Assembly: GCA_051362555.1 (NCBI GenBank)
Contig: CM120641.1
Span: 23,380,401 to 23,444,400, forward strand
Source: Lingula anatina
Lineage: Eukaryota > Animalia > Brachiopoda
Reading direction: 5' to 3'
Length of the DNA stretch: 64,000 nt
The position numbers were made by a program, and so were the translations under genes. A model generated the notes under the pieces. It was not told the DNA's origin and made no database searches. It saw only the letters and a program-made list of their open reading frames with translations. Numbering within the stretch: the stretch's first letter is position 1; each line of letters opens with the position of its first letter. Shown piece after piece: positions 1 to 24,468 of the stretch.

Positions 1-2396
1 CTCTTTTCTTTGTGGGTTTTTGTAACATTTTTATGTTATACTTACCACGTGTGATATCGAGACCAATCATAAGCTGTAGGAGCACTACATGCTGGATATC
101 TGCTTATCTTCAGTGTAAAAATAGCCAAAATCTTAGAACTCTTGGATTCCTACTATAAACAACTTACAAATGTAACCTATCTTCGGAAACCATTTTCTTG
201 GTTTCTTGGTAGCTTCTCCTTTAGTGTCTAAGTAAAGAGATTTCAAGTAGTTCTTCTAATTTCTGTACATGTGACAGCTTTGGTGTCTAGTTAAGATTAT
301 TTGCAGATGTTCATGATTTTTCTTTGTGATAGATATTTCCTGTCTCTGGTTATTGTCATTGTAGTAATGTATGTTGGAAGTGAGATCAATGTCATATGCA
401 TGTTCTGTAGAAAGGTATGTAAGGGAATGTTCAAGAGCAACAAAAAGTTTTCAATTTTAAGCACTATATGATGAAGTGGGACAGCCCCTGGCTGCAGTAG
501 GGGGTTCAAAAAATCCCAAAAGGGGGTGAAAGGGTGTATCAAAAGTTTGACAAGCATGTTTTAACAACACTTGACAGAAAAGAGTTTTAAATGAGAGGGG
601 GGTTATGTTGTTTCTTTTGCTGGGAAAAAATGCTTTACACCATACATTCTCACACATTTCATCACTTTTTGCAAGCAGAACATTTCTGATTTTTTCACAT
701 TTTTGTTTGGGCGACATGCTCTGCAGGTGTTTTAAGAAAAGCTCTATGTTCACCAAGGACATTATTCAACTTGCTTTTTTAGCAGCAAATCTTTTGTTTC
801 ATCTTCATATCTTCTGTATCTTTTTAGCTTGAGCCTAATCGTAGGTTGGATAAGGAGCATGTGAGTATAGTATGCATGTTGACTGTATAAAAAATGAGGC
901 ATGGCAAGCAGATGTTGTCAATGTGCACTAGCATCCTTGTTTTGATTGGGTACCATTTGGATTGCTCAAGGAACTGATCATCTTTCAGAGAAGAAGGCTA
1001 GTCAGTTTTTCTAAAGAAGTGACATGTTTTCAGCTACAAAAAGACTCCCAGTAGGGATATGGGTTGGGTACATCAAATGATTTTTCTTCTTGCTTTAAAT
1101 GGTTGTTAACACTTTTCTATTTACAAACTCATCAAGAGAAAAAAATGTTAATAGAATCACAAGATGAGGTCATTTGACTGATCTTCATTACTTTTTGCTT
1201 GTTTTCCAGCATGTGATTTTTTTTCCATTTCATTGCCAAACGTTTCTTCAGTAAAAGTGTTCTTTAACTTGTCAGGCATACCAGTTTTATAAATTTTAAT
1301 TGTAGAAGCTTCATGGTGTATCTATTCTGTTTGCCAGCATTGCATATTTAAAAAAATCAAAAATGGGATGTTTTATAATAAATGACACTTAGACACAAAA
1401 CAAAATCAGAAATTTTAAACTTCCATCAACTTAAGGGATCATGGATACAAAAATGTCAGCTCTTGAATATGCCATTCTCTGTGTAGCTATGTGTATGAAG
1501 CAGACTCCAGCATGAATGTGTGTTGTACAGCAGTTTTCAGCACGAGTGACGTTGCACATGCAGAAATTTGGGTACAAATATCCCAGTTGTGTGCTGCAAT
1601 TTCATCCCAAATCCTGAAGTTGATCATAGCAATTTCTCAGTTATTTATGTCTTGGTTGTTTTTTGTTCATTTTGTATGAGGATCTTCTCACGCTCAGACT
1701 TGTATCTGTACATTGTGTTTGACTTTTTGTTCTTTGCTGGTCATGTTTATAGCATATTTTAGTACTTTTCATTTGAATTTTACCTTTTGATTTTTTTATA
1801 TTCTGTTAGCATCTCTTTTAAAAAACAAAACAGAATCCTTCATTCTGCTTGACTAGTGTTTTCAGAGCTTACAATATGTCTGCTGTCCCAGCTTATAAGT
1901 CATATCTGATTCAAGAGAATCTCACTTAACTCTGATAAGTTTTGAAATGCACACTTATATTCAGCGACAAAAATAATTGTCAGAGCCAGATATTGTGGTG
2001 AATGCTGACTGAAGGTGATGCTGTTAAAGAGTTATGGCTGCTTTAAATATGTGCATGGATGAGGAATGCTAGAGAAATGTCAATTTAGAGGAATGGTTTT
2101 TAACAAGGGAATGTACAAGATGTCGTGTGATGTATATAGCTTTCTGTGGAGAACCATCTTGGTTTTTGTTGAAGACCAACATTGACAAAATTTTATCTGA
2201 ATCTAATAATCTTTTTGCAGATTTTGTTATTTACCTTTTGCTTATAAATTATGGTAACTGTTGTTTACACATATACTATTTGCTAGTATTGGGAGTTAAC
2301 TGAACATGTTGCTTTCTTTTATTTGTACTATGATGCAGGTTTCCCTCCCAGTAATTTATAGTGATATTTAGAGTATAATGTAATTTATCTTTACAG

Positions 2397-15446
<13,050 letters not shown>

Positions 15447-16156
15447 GGAGGAGGTCCTCCCCATGTAGTAGTCGCTTACTCTATTCATTGTGGTGATCAC
15501 TTCAGGAAGATTGATCACACATCATGTCAATTATTTAATATTGCCAATAATTTGAACACTTAGATATAATCGGCATTCACTATCTGCAATATTGTTTAGG
15601 TAGGAAATTGTTTCTACTTATAGATATTTGTGATATATAATGGTTATTTTTGGGTAATTTGAAGTAGTTTTGACAGGTAGGGTCTTAGGCTTTTTGTATC
15701 ACTGCCAGTTGTACCCTGTACAGTGGATGCTTTGACAGTGTCAGGAGCACATGTAAAAACCAGTGTGCAGTTTTTTCATCCCAATAGCGGATCTTGTGTT
15801 TGTAAATAGTCGGCTTGAAGTAAAACCAGTTTAATTTTATTATATGCCTAGTACAGTAGCCCTGTTGTGTAGGACTACATATTCCTCTTTGTGTTTGAAT
15901 AAGTGAACTGTTTGAACAATTTAACTGGCAATGCACAGTCACCTTATGTATCACATTTCACAAGTTTAATGCTTTATTGCTATGTTGCCTGTTGTATTGT
16001 TTGCAAGCTCTGTCATTCACTGCACTTGTAAATTATTAAGCAAAAATTTCAGGCAATATTAAGAATTTCATAAATGTGTTGAAGGTAGGAAATTACAGTG
16101 AATATGGGAAAGTGGTATGTTCTCATTTTAATTACACTGTTAAGTTTTTTTAAATT

Positions 16157-16187
<31 letters not shown>

Positions 16188-17429
16188 TTATTATTATTAT
16201 TTATTTATTCATTTTTATTTTTTTTTTGGTCAGTAATCTTTTGGTCCATGAAAGATGACATTGAGCTATTTTTTTGCCAACTGGCAGAACAGTACCACAT
16301 TACCTGGAGATAGTTTTGCACTCACTGTGAACATTTAACATGCTTGTGTACATGAAGCAACCACAGAGAGCTCTCATATACAACTCAGTCAAGATATTTT
16401 TGCTCAGGATTTATGTCTACTTTAATTGTTTTATCATGGTTCTCATTGTCCTGTAGAGCTTTAGTTTGCATGACATTTCAGAGGTTTTAAGAATACTCAT
16501 AGCTCCCCAGCAATGTTTTTAATAATATTAATTTATTTCCAATTTGGCTTCAAACTGAGCTTCCATCTGTAAACATGTAAACACATAATAAATGTAAATG
16601 CTGTTTGTTAAAAAGAAAACTGTCCAGACATGTACTTAATTTTAAAACTAGTTCCCAAAGTATTGGCTTTGAAAATAGTCAAGATATCTGTGTCAGTTAG
16701 CAATGCATATATATCAAAGAAGGTTAGCTATTAAATGGTGCTAAAACACTTTGTTTTGTATTTGCAGTTTGTGAAAGTGTTTTGATAGGAAGCATATTGC
16801 GGAGTGTAAACTTTACTTTTGACAGGAATTTTGATTCAGAAATCTTGTCAGGTTTCACTTGGCAAATGGTAGTTGTCTAATAAAAAAAACTTAAGGAAAA
16901 AGCAATATAGTAATGATTTAACATGACTGTGCAAAAGAGCTAACTGTGGTGGCTCATTTTATGGCAATGATCATATACATATACTGGAGAAACTAAATCG
17001 ACTTTCCTGGCCTGTAAATGCTTAAGGCATTTTAACAACCTATTTGTAGCAGTAGAATAAAATGTTGAGTGAGCATTTTGTACTTAAAACTTGCAGATGT
17101 TAGAAAAAGGAAATGTGATCTTTCAATGATCACAACTTAAGTCTTATAAGAATTGAGAAGAAATCCTGCCATTTCTTTTAGTCTACAGGGATATGAAATT
17201 TGTAGATTTTAGCTCCAAATGTGCAAGTGTCCTCACTTCTATTAAAGCATAGAAAAACTTTGTGATCATATGAAGGGCTTTTATTATAACCAGTACATGT
17301 ATGCCCATATCAAGATTGTAATAAAATGGAATTAAATGAAATGCTGACAATATTAAATGATGAACAATAAGCTGCTATTTACAAATTGCATAAACTCTTG
17401 CATAAACTGTCTGCCCCACATACAGAGAT

Positions 17430-19889
17430 CTACTCGAGCTCCAGGTTCAGAAGTTTAAAAGTTTGCTCCAGTGCATTGCTATTGTTAGTGTTGTCACCAT
17501 ACAGCCTTCTCATTGGATAACCCTTGATAAGTAGCTGTTTAACAGCAAACTCTTCACTGGAACTGGTGCGAACGGTCTTTATGATAACACTTTTGGGAGT
17601 TTTGGGAAAAAATGTACACATTCTACTGACGGCCACAATGAAGTCCATTTGATTCTCGGCTTCCATTTTCTGCTCAAATGCACTATCAATGTTGTTTAGT
17701 CTTTGTTTCAGCAACCTCTTCTGTCGTTCAACCTCAAACATGACTCTCTGCAGTTTCCCAGCCTTGAAAGCCATAGTGCTGACTGGTTCCTTCTTCTTGC
17801 AGTTAACCATGAATACAGCTATTAGGAAAGCCAAGACCCCAACGCCACTAAGCAAGTAGTACCAGTAGTTAGTGAACCATTCTTTCACTATCTCCGATGT
17901 CTTGGGACTAAATACCTCACTAAGTCTTTTCAGGGCAGCATTAAAATCCACTTCAATACATTTATGTTTTCTATCACAGTACCCTGTGTAGTTGTTGCAG
18001 CCTTTGCCTGGGTCCCTGTATCTGATCTTGGTGCTAGGGGTGTGGTAATTCTCTGCAGGATGACAGCTCTGTGGCTCACTACTGTTATAACAACACAGTC
18101 TACACAACAGGGAGTCGCTGCCAACACACTGGCATTCCTCCAGTCCCAGGCCGGAGCATATGGTCCCTATACACTGTCCAGAGACACACGTTTTCTCAGC
18201 TTGGTGACACAGCGTGCCATCTGCCTCGTGCTGTGGCTCTGGGCAGTTTGCTCCCACACCATCACAGTAACTGCTCTCAGTGCAGTCGGTTGCCTGCTGG
18301 CACAGCTGATGGTTCTCCAGGGGTACAACAACACAGCTGGTGGTGCAGCACTCGGACACCAGTGGACTGCAGGAGTACCCAGCACTTTTCCTTATGGTGC
18401 AGCCTGTGTCATAACCCAGTCCTCCTGGAGGAGTACAACATGGGTCTGTCTCAGCACAGTACGATGCACTGCCACAGTCGCATTCCTCCCCGTCCTCTAC
18501 TATTCCATTGCCACACACTGGGCCTGGGTTGGCTATAAAACAACTGGCCTTATGTTGGAGCACTGGGTTAATGTAGTCCTTGCTGCACTGAGAAAATAAC
18601 CAGTGGTTTGGCTTTTGCCCATCATTTGCTGTGGGGTACATGAGATAATTCCCAAACCCTGAGTCACCAGGAGAACAGAGTGAATCTTGTGTATTGTCGT
18701 GTTCTGAACCAAAGTTGTGACCCAGTTCATGAGCTAATGTCAGCACTGATACCTTACGAGGGGATACTTGACCAAAGTTGAGAAAGCTTACCATTGCTGT
18801 GTTGAAATTGTATATTTTGTTGTCAGGACCCATAAACATGCTTTGCTGGCATATACCTCCAGCTGAGCCATACTTGCTGGAATCTGCTATCCAAGCCAAT
18901 CCTAAAACACCATCAGCAAAATCCCTGTGGGTAAAAACCACTCCTCCACAAAAACTATCAAAGTTGTATTCCGAAAATGAATATAAATAGGTGAAAACAT
19001 CTGTGCTTGTGTCAGCTAGCTTGTAGGCAACTGCATCTTTGTCTCCATATATTGTTATTTCACCTATAGCAATCCCTATGTTGTCTGCCTCTCCGTCTCC
19101 ATTGAAGTCTGATCCTCGAAATAATTTGTCAACCTCTGTCACGTGGTACACAATTTCATTGATAGTTGTTGTGGCATCCCCCTTTCCAATGTTTTGAAAA
19201 AATGTGTGGTCTGCAACAAGGTGCAAAGAGCAAGTGTTTTCTGTACCAGTAGATCTCTTGGATTTCTGGATTTTTGTATAAGTACTAAAAGCAGAAAACC
19301 TAGTTCTAGGAACATGCACTCCATGTAGTCTCACGTGACTGTTATCATAACTTATGTCACTGGCTTTATACACAATATAATCCTTTGAATGTTCTTTACT
19401 TACATTTAGTATATACTTTGATGCTTTTTCAATGTAAACTTGCTCTCCTTTATATATAAATGATCCATCAAACATACCATCATGTAATCTACCATATGCC
19501 CAAGAAGTTGCATCCCCTTCTACAAATCCATGATAAAATTCTGCCTTATTCAGTTTCAACTGTCTGATATCTTGCTTATCTGCAATTTTCACAACGGTCA
19601 AACCACTGAAGATTCTGTGGTTTATCACCAGACGTAGAAAATAAGTTTTTTCAAAAACTTTGACTTCAAGTCTTATAACTTGAAATTCATTAAGTCTTTT
19701 GTTTTCCTCACAATTTGTTTTTAAGCTGTTAGTATCACAACCATAAAAACCATGGTATATCATATCCGTATTTGGATGTACTTCAAAACATCTTATCATT
19801 CTATTCAAGGTTTTACATTTTGTTGTTCCGTTGGAGTAGATTTGTGTCAGTACAATGACAGCTAAAATACTTGACTGTACAATTTTCAT
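17430..19889 (-). CDS. Intronless ADAM10-like disintegrin and metalloprotease (819 aa)
   Basis: Single ORF: signal peptide, prodomain, KSKR processing site, FTHRDFADGVLGLAW and GGIC motifs, zinc motif HELGHNFGSEHD, Met-turn GNYLMY, disintegrin CGNGIVEDGEECDCG, Cys-rich region, TM helix YWYYLLSGVGVLAFLIAVFMV, cytoplasmic tail. Closer to ADAM10 than ADAM17 by recalled motifs. Confidence 0.93.
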   Translation of the reverse strand: MKIVQSSILAVIVLTQIYSNGTTKCKTLNRMIRCFEVHPNTDMIYHGFYGCDTNSLKTNCEENKRLNEFQVIRLEVKVFEKTYFLRLVINHRIFSGLTVVKIADKQDIRQLKLNKAEFYHGFVEGDATSWAYGRLHDGMFDGSFIYKGEQVYIEKASKYILNVSKEHSKDYIVYKASDISYDNSHVRLHGVHVPRTRFSAFSTYTKIQKSKRSTGTENTCSLHLVADHTFFQNIGKGDATTTINEIVYHVTEVDKLFRGSDFNGDGEADNIGIAIGEITIYGDKDAVAYKLADTSTDVFTYLYSFSEYNFDSFCGGVVFTHRDFADGVLGLAWIADSSKYGSAGGICQQSMFMGPDNKIYNFNTAMVSFLNFGQVSPRKVSVLTLAHELGHNFGSEHDNTQDSLCSPGDSGFGNYLMYPTANDGQKPNHWLFSQCSKDYINPVLQHKASCFIANPGPVCGNGIVEDGEECDCGSASYCAETDPCCTPPGGLGYDTGCTIRKSAGYSCSPLVSECCTTSCVVVPLENHQLCQQATDCTESSYCDGVGANCPEPQHEADGTLCHQAEKTCVSGQCIGTICSGLGLEECQCVGSDSLLCRLCCYNSSEPQSCHPAENYHTPSTKIRYRDPGKGCNNYTGYCDRKHKCIEVDFNAALKRLSEVFSPKTSEIVKEWFTNYWYYLLSGVGVLAFLIAVFMVNCKKKEPVSTMAFKAGKLQRVMFEVERQKRLLKQRLNNIDSAFEQKMEAENQMDFIVAVSRMCTFFPKTPKSVIIKTVRTSSSEEFAVKQLLIKGYPMRRLYGDNTNNSNALEQTFKLLNLELE

Positions 19890-20054
19890 TGCACTGTATG
19901 TTGAGATGTCCTCTTGTTGCGTTTATACGGAGGAATTCTGGGATACCTAGTGTCATGCGCAACACTTGACTCGACGTCAACTTCCGGGAGGTACTCGCTG
20001 CAGTGAACGTTTTGCTTCTTTTTCGCGTACTACAGACGTGTTCACAATATCGTC
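19890..20054. promoter_or_regulatory. Bidirectional promoter between ADAM10-like and SDE2
   Basis: 165 bp between divergent ATGs; locally CpG-rich; CRE-like cgacgtca next to ETS-like acttccgg at about 19972-19987. Confidence 0.65.
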
Positions 20055-23000
20055 ATGTTTAATATATTCGTAACTATTGATCGTCAGAAAGTGCGTGTAT
20101 ACGAAGCATGTGCAACTGATACAATTTGTTCAATTAAGGAGCAAATTACTAAGGTACGACTAAGATCATTTTTCTGGTAAAATTTTAACACACAAAAAAA
20201 ACATTGAACTGATAAATGAACTACTTGAACTTCTTGCGCTGCTATAAGTTCCCGTACAAAGCCGAATGAGAATCGTACAAAGGCAATTCTAGTTTTAAAT
20301 CAGACAAAAACCTAGATTACAAGTTTCAGGATAAGGATTGTCGATATACAAGGAAACATTTCTGTGGCCGTAGTAGCACGAATAATCATGCTCCAGCAAA
20401 TCATTCTTATAAAAACAGAATTACTTGTTATGAAAAATGTGAAAATGTCTCATGTTATTAAGACCCCAGCATTTATTTGTGTTTGAAAATTTTCGATATA
20501 ATTAGGTTTGCCATTATCTAAATGTTAAAAATAATTTGTTAGTTTAATTTTTTTTTTTTTTTTTTACATTTTTTTGTAGGAAATCAAGAAAGGTGACTTT
20601 TACTTGGTTTGTAATGGACTTAAGGTGGCAGATGATGCTTTTCTCCATCAAGATCAAGTTTATCATGTTTGCCATAGATTACCAGGAGGAAAGGGAGGTA
20701 TGTATACCTAGAATAGGTCCTTTTATGATCAGCATGATGTACTTCATTTCACATCACTATGATAATGAAACTGAAGATATGATAATTTTGCTTAGATCTG
20801 TTAAACTCCAATGTAAAATAAAATGTGAAAAATTCATCCACCTGAAGAATTTTGGCAAAGTAATATTTCAACCAGTAACATGATCATTGTCAAATTTTCC
20901 CCAAGTTTTGTCACTAAATAAGTTCAAACACCCCAACTTGTGTGAACTAAACTCATTTACTTTTTTTATAGGTTTTGGTTCTATGCTGCGGGCCATTGGT
21001 GCACAAATAGAGAAAACCACCAACCGAGAGGCCTGCAGGGACCTCAGTGGCAGAAGGATGAGAGATATAAACAATGAGAAAAAGTATGATGTGGCAGAAG
21101 TTTATGTTGACAAATCTGTAAATGAGAGATGTTGAATTTTATAATTCTTATTGTAAACTGAATGTTTACCAAAATCACAACTTTGTTGGTAACTTTGCGA
21201 ACTTAGCCAAGAGAGTGCATCCCAAGCCAGTTTATTTAAATGCTCTTGAAAGGAAAATTATACAGTTTTACTCAAGGTTATACCTTTTGTTTTGAAGGCT
21301 GAAAGAGTGGATGGGCAAAGAAGAGGAAAGAGAAAGAGCAAGGCAAGAGAGAAGAAGAGAGAGAAGAGAAAGAAGAAAAGCTCAACCCAAGCATAATTTT
21401 GATGACCCAGATTATGCCAAACAGAAAGCCTTAGTATCTGAGAATTTGGAAGATGCTCTAATGCAAGGTAGCTTTACACTAAGGAAACTTTACAGAATAA
21501 CCATTTAATTTTGACACTTGATTAATTAATTGGTCCACATCTAGAGATTTGAAAGAACTATCACATCATAAGAATATAACAGCCTTGTCAAAGGATTTAT
21601 TTTAATTAAAATATATACTTCTCTTTGGCTCTTTACGCATGTCTTATTAGTGTTTAATTTATTTTTTATTGTGTTGCAGGTCTCCAGAAAGCTAAGCCCT
21701 CGGCATCTGCAACAGTCACTCTTTCAGATATGTCAAGAAAGAGAAAGATGGGGGATACGGATTCAGTGGACATGAAGAAGAAATGCAAGGAAATGTACGC
21801 TGACTGTTCGCTTATTTTTAATGAAGAATAGCAGATTTTAGGCTAAAATAATTTTTTCATACTGTGACTTTATGCTTCTTGATTTCAATATTTTTTGTCT
21901 TGGAAACCATCTTTGATCCTTAGATCTTTTTCTTCAAGCTTTTTGGTGTTATATGCAAGGTTAACCACAGCTGCAGAACTTTATTCAATACAATTATGAT
22001 ATTTTGCTAAATATTTAGTCTGACATAAATTATAATGATAAGTTCTCCTAGCAAAAGCTAAAGATCAGTTTTTACCTCTCCAATATTTCATGTGACAAGA
22101 CACCTTCATCGGAGAATAAGGCTAAAGGTGTTTAAAAAAATTTTTTTAAATTGTTTGGCATTGTCATATTGGAGGGGTAACAACTTATTTTTGATCGATG
22201 TTGAAAGAAATTATCATAATTATAAATTTTGAATGCAGAACACAGCTGTTGAAATTCTTAGTTGGATTAATGTTTTTGTTATATTTAATTTCATTATTAT
22301 TATTATTTTTTTTTTTTTTTTATTTTTTTTTTTTTTTGTGTTTAATTAACATGTTTTCAATTCTTTAAGGCTTGGGCTTGACATGGAAGACCTCAGTGAC
22401 TTGAGTAGTGACTCTGACAGTGAAAGTTCTTCTGACTCTCAACCAAGTACATCAAACACTGGGCATAGTAATGGAAGCAAAGCACCTGTTGATTCAGATT
22501 CAGACACAAATGTCCCTGGACCATCAGGTGGATATTCAAATCTTGGATACAACTACAAAGATGGCAGCAAGAGTCCCTCATCCAAACCTGGTCCTTCTCA
22601 AGTAAAAGGTGATCTCAACTCTGCAAGCTCTTCAGTTAGTAGTACAGATATTGGTCAACCTCGGGTACAAGACAAGACTACAGAACAAACATCTCCTGGG
22701 AGTCTCTTTTCCAATGCAACTAAAACTGTGAGTGGGGCACAAGGACTTCTTGGTCAGCTCCCATCTCCACAGGGACAGGAGAAGAAACCAGTAGAACAGG
22801 GGACTAAAGAAAATGTAAGCATATCAGGTGTATCTTAGACTATGGTTATAATCCCCCAGCTATACATGTTCTGTGTGCTCATCTTCAGATTCACAAGGGC
22901 ACATATCTTATATTGCTGTCTATAAACTCTGGAAGCATTTTCATTTGACTACAGTCACATGTTGATCTCCTTCTTGTTTTTCATACCTTTAGGTAACAGC

Positions 23001-23217
23001 AGTGGATCCTGTCAACCTAGAGGAATTCGAGTCTCAAGAAGCCCTGGAACAGCTTGGCCTGGATAGACTGAAGTGTGCACTGATGGCTCTTGGACTAAAA
23101 TGTGGAGGAACCCTCCAAGAGAGGGCTAGCAGATTGTGGTCCGTAAAAGGAAAGACTCTAGATGAGATTGACCCAGCCCTATTTGCAAAACCAACCAAAA
23201 AGAAAGGATCCAAATAG
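20055..23217 (+). CDS. SDE2: Replication stress response regulator / splicing factor SDE2
   Basis: Exons 20055-20153, 20580-20697, 20972-21083, 21298-21467, 21681-21794, 22370-22813, 22993-23217. Ubiquitin-like N-terminus ending [36 protein letters not shown]; C-terminal SAP domain [27 protein letters not shown]. Confidence 0.95.
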
Positions 23218-23231
23218 AGACTCATTTCAGA

Positions 23232-23678
23232 CATTTTATTGTTGACATTTTAAATGTAGATTTCTCTAAATAAGAATTCAATAATGAGAAAAGTTCTTTT
23301 AGAGTTTAGCTGCATATTTGACATTGAGGGTATTTTCATTATTATTAATATTTGACCGCATTACATAAGCACCAGCCAGGAGTATTATTTATTATATACC
23401 ACCTTGCTATGATGACCTCTTTAAGAATGAGATTTTAAAGTAACAAACATATTTTCGTTGTTGATATTTTAAATGTAGATTTCTCTAGATATAATTATTC
23501 AATGATGAAATAATGTGGAAAAAAATATAATTTAAGCTGCATATTTGACATTGAGGGTACTTTCATTAATATTTTAATTATCTGGATATTTCACCACGTA
23601 AGCACCAACCAGAAGTATTACCTATCTTATGTTTTGCCAAGGCATTCTCTTAAACAGTGAGATTCTAAAGTAACAAAT
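23232..23678 (+). repeat. Diverged tandem duplication (~220 bp x 2) just after the SDE2 stop
   Basis: ttttaaatgtagatttctcta, gctgcatatttgacattgaggg, taagcacca and aaagtaacaaa each occur twice in the same order. Confidence 0.8.
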
Positions 23679-24107
23679 TGTGTAAAACACCACATATATG
23701 AAAAATTGGTCCCATGTTAAAGACAGAATAGAAAAATAAACTTATATAGCATATAAACTATGTAAACCAATTGTTCAATATTAGAAACTTTAATATATTT
23801 CTTAAAATATTATACCTGTCATAAATGAGCGTTTTGGGACATTTCCAATAGTCCTGTGCTGGTAGTATGTTAAGTATAGATTAGACAAACATTTTCATAA
23901 CTGTATACAATTCTTTTGTATGAAAGTGTGTACTTCAAAACAAAAAAAGTTGTCAGTTTTGACACACATTCGATTATGATATCACATAACATTTTGAGTC
24001 TCGATTGCAAATTTGATCCCTTGGCAAAAGCTAGTTGCAACTTAATCTATGTGGCACTCAAGTAAATAACATCTACCATCTGTATTAAGTCCCCAAAACA
24101 GTCCAAT

Positions 24108-24352
24108 TATGGTAATAACTTGATCTTTTCAATGGGGGGAAAATTGTGAATTTCATAGATATTGCACTTTTTATTTTCTTAAAATTTGAACATTCCTACT
24201 GAATGAAATTGAAAAGCGGGCTATACTCTATAGTTCTTTTCTATGCAAATAAGGCAACAAGTGCTCTATAGGAATATAATTTATGTGATTATAAAATTAT
24301 GTATCTGAAAGTTTGACAAGTCTTGCCCATTGAAAAGATCATGTAATTACTG
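24108..24352. mobile_element. Possible MITE between the SDE2 and UMPS 3' ends
   Basis: Inverted repeat tgatcttttcaatggg (about 24121) / cccattgaaaagatca (about 24326). Confidence 0.4.
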
Positions 24353-24468
24353 TACTTCTGTTAGAATATTGCAACACTTTCACTAAAAGTCTCTCCCACC
24401 ACCATCATTAAATACACAAATGGCATTCAGATCTACGTAATCATTATTTGTTGTAAATGATTTCCTAA

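Noticed and set aside
1-2396. Further HEATR5B exons or snoRNAs in the first 2.4 kb
   Set aside because: No HEATR5-like peptide or convincing C/D or H/ACA box pair recognised; treated as intron.
17964-18599. 211-aa and 155-aa plus-strand ORFs
   Set aside because: Antisense shadows of the Cys-rich ADAM coding region with no recognisable motifs.
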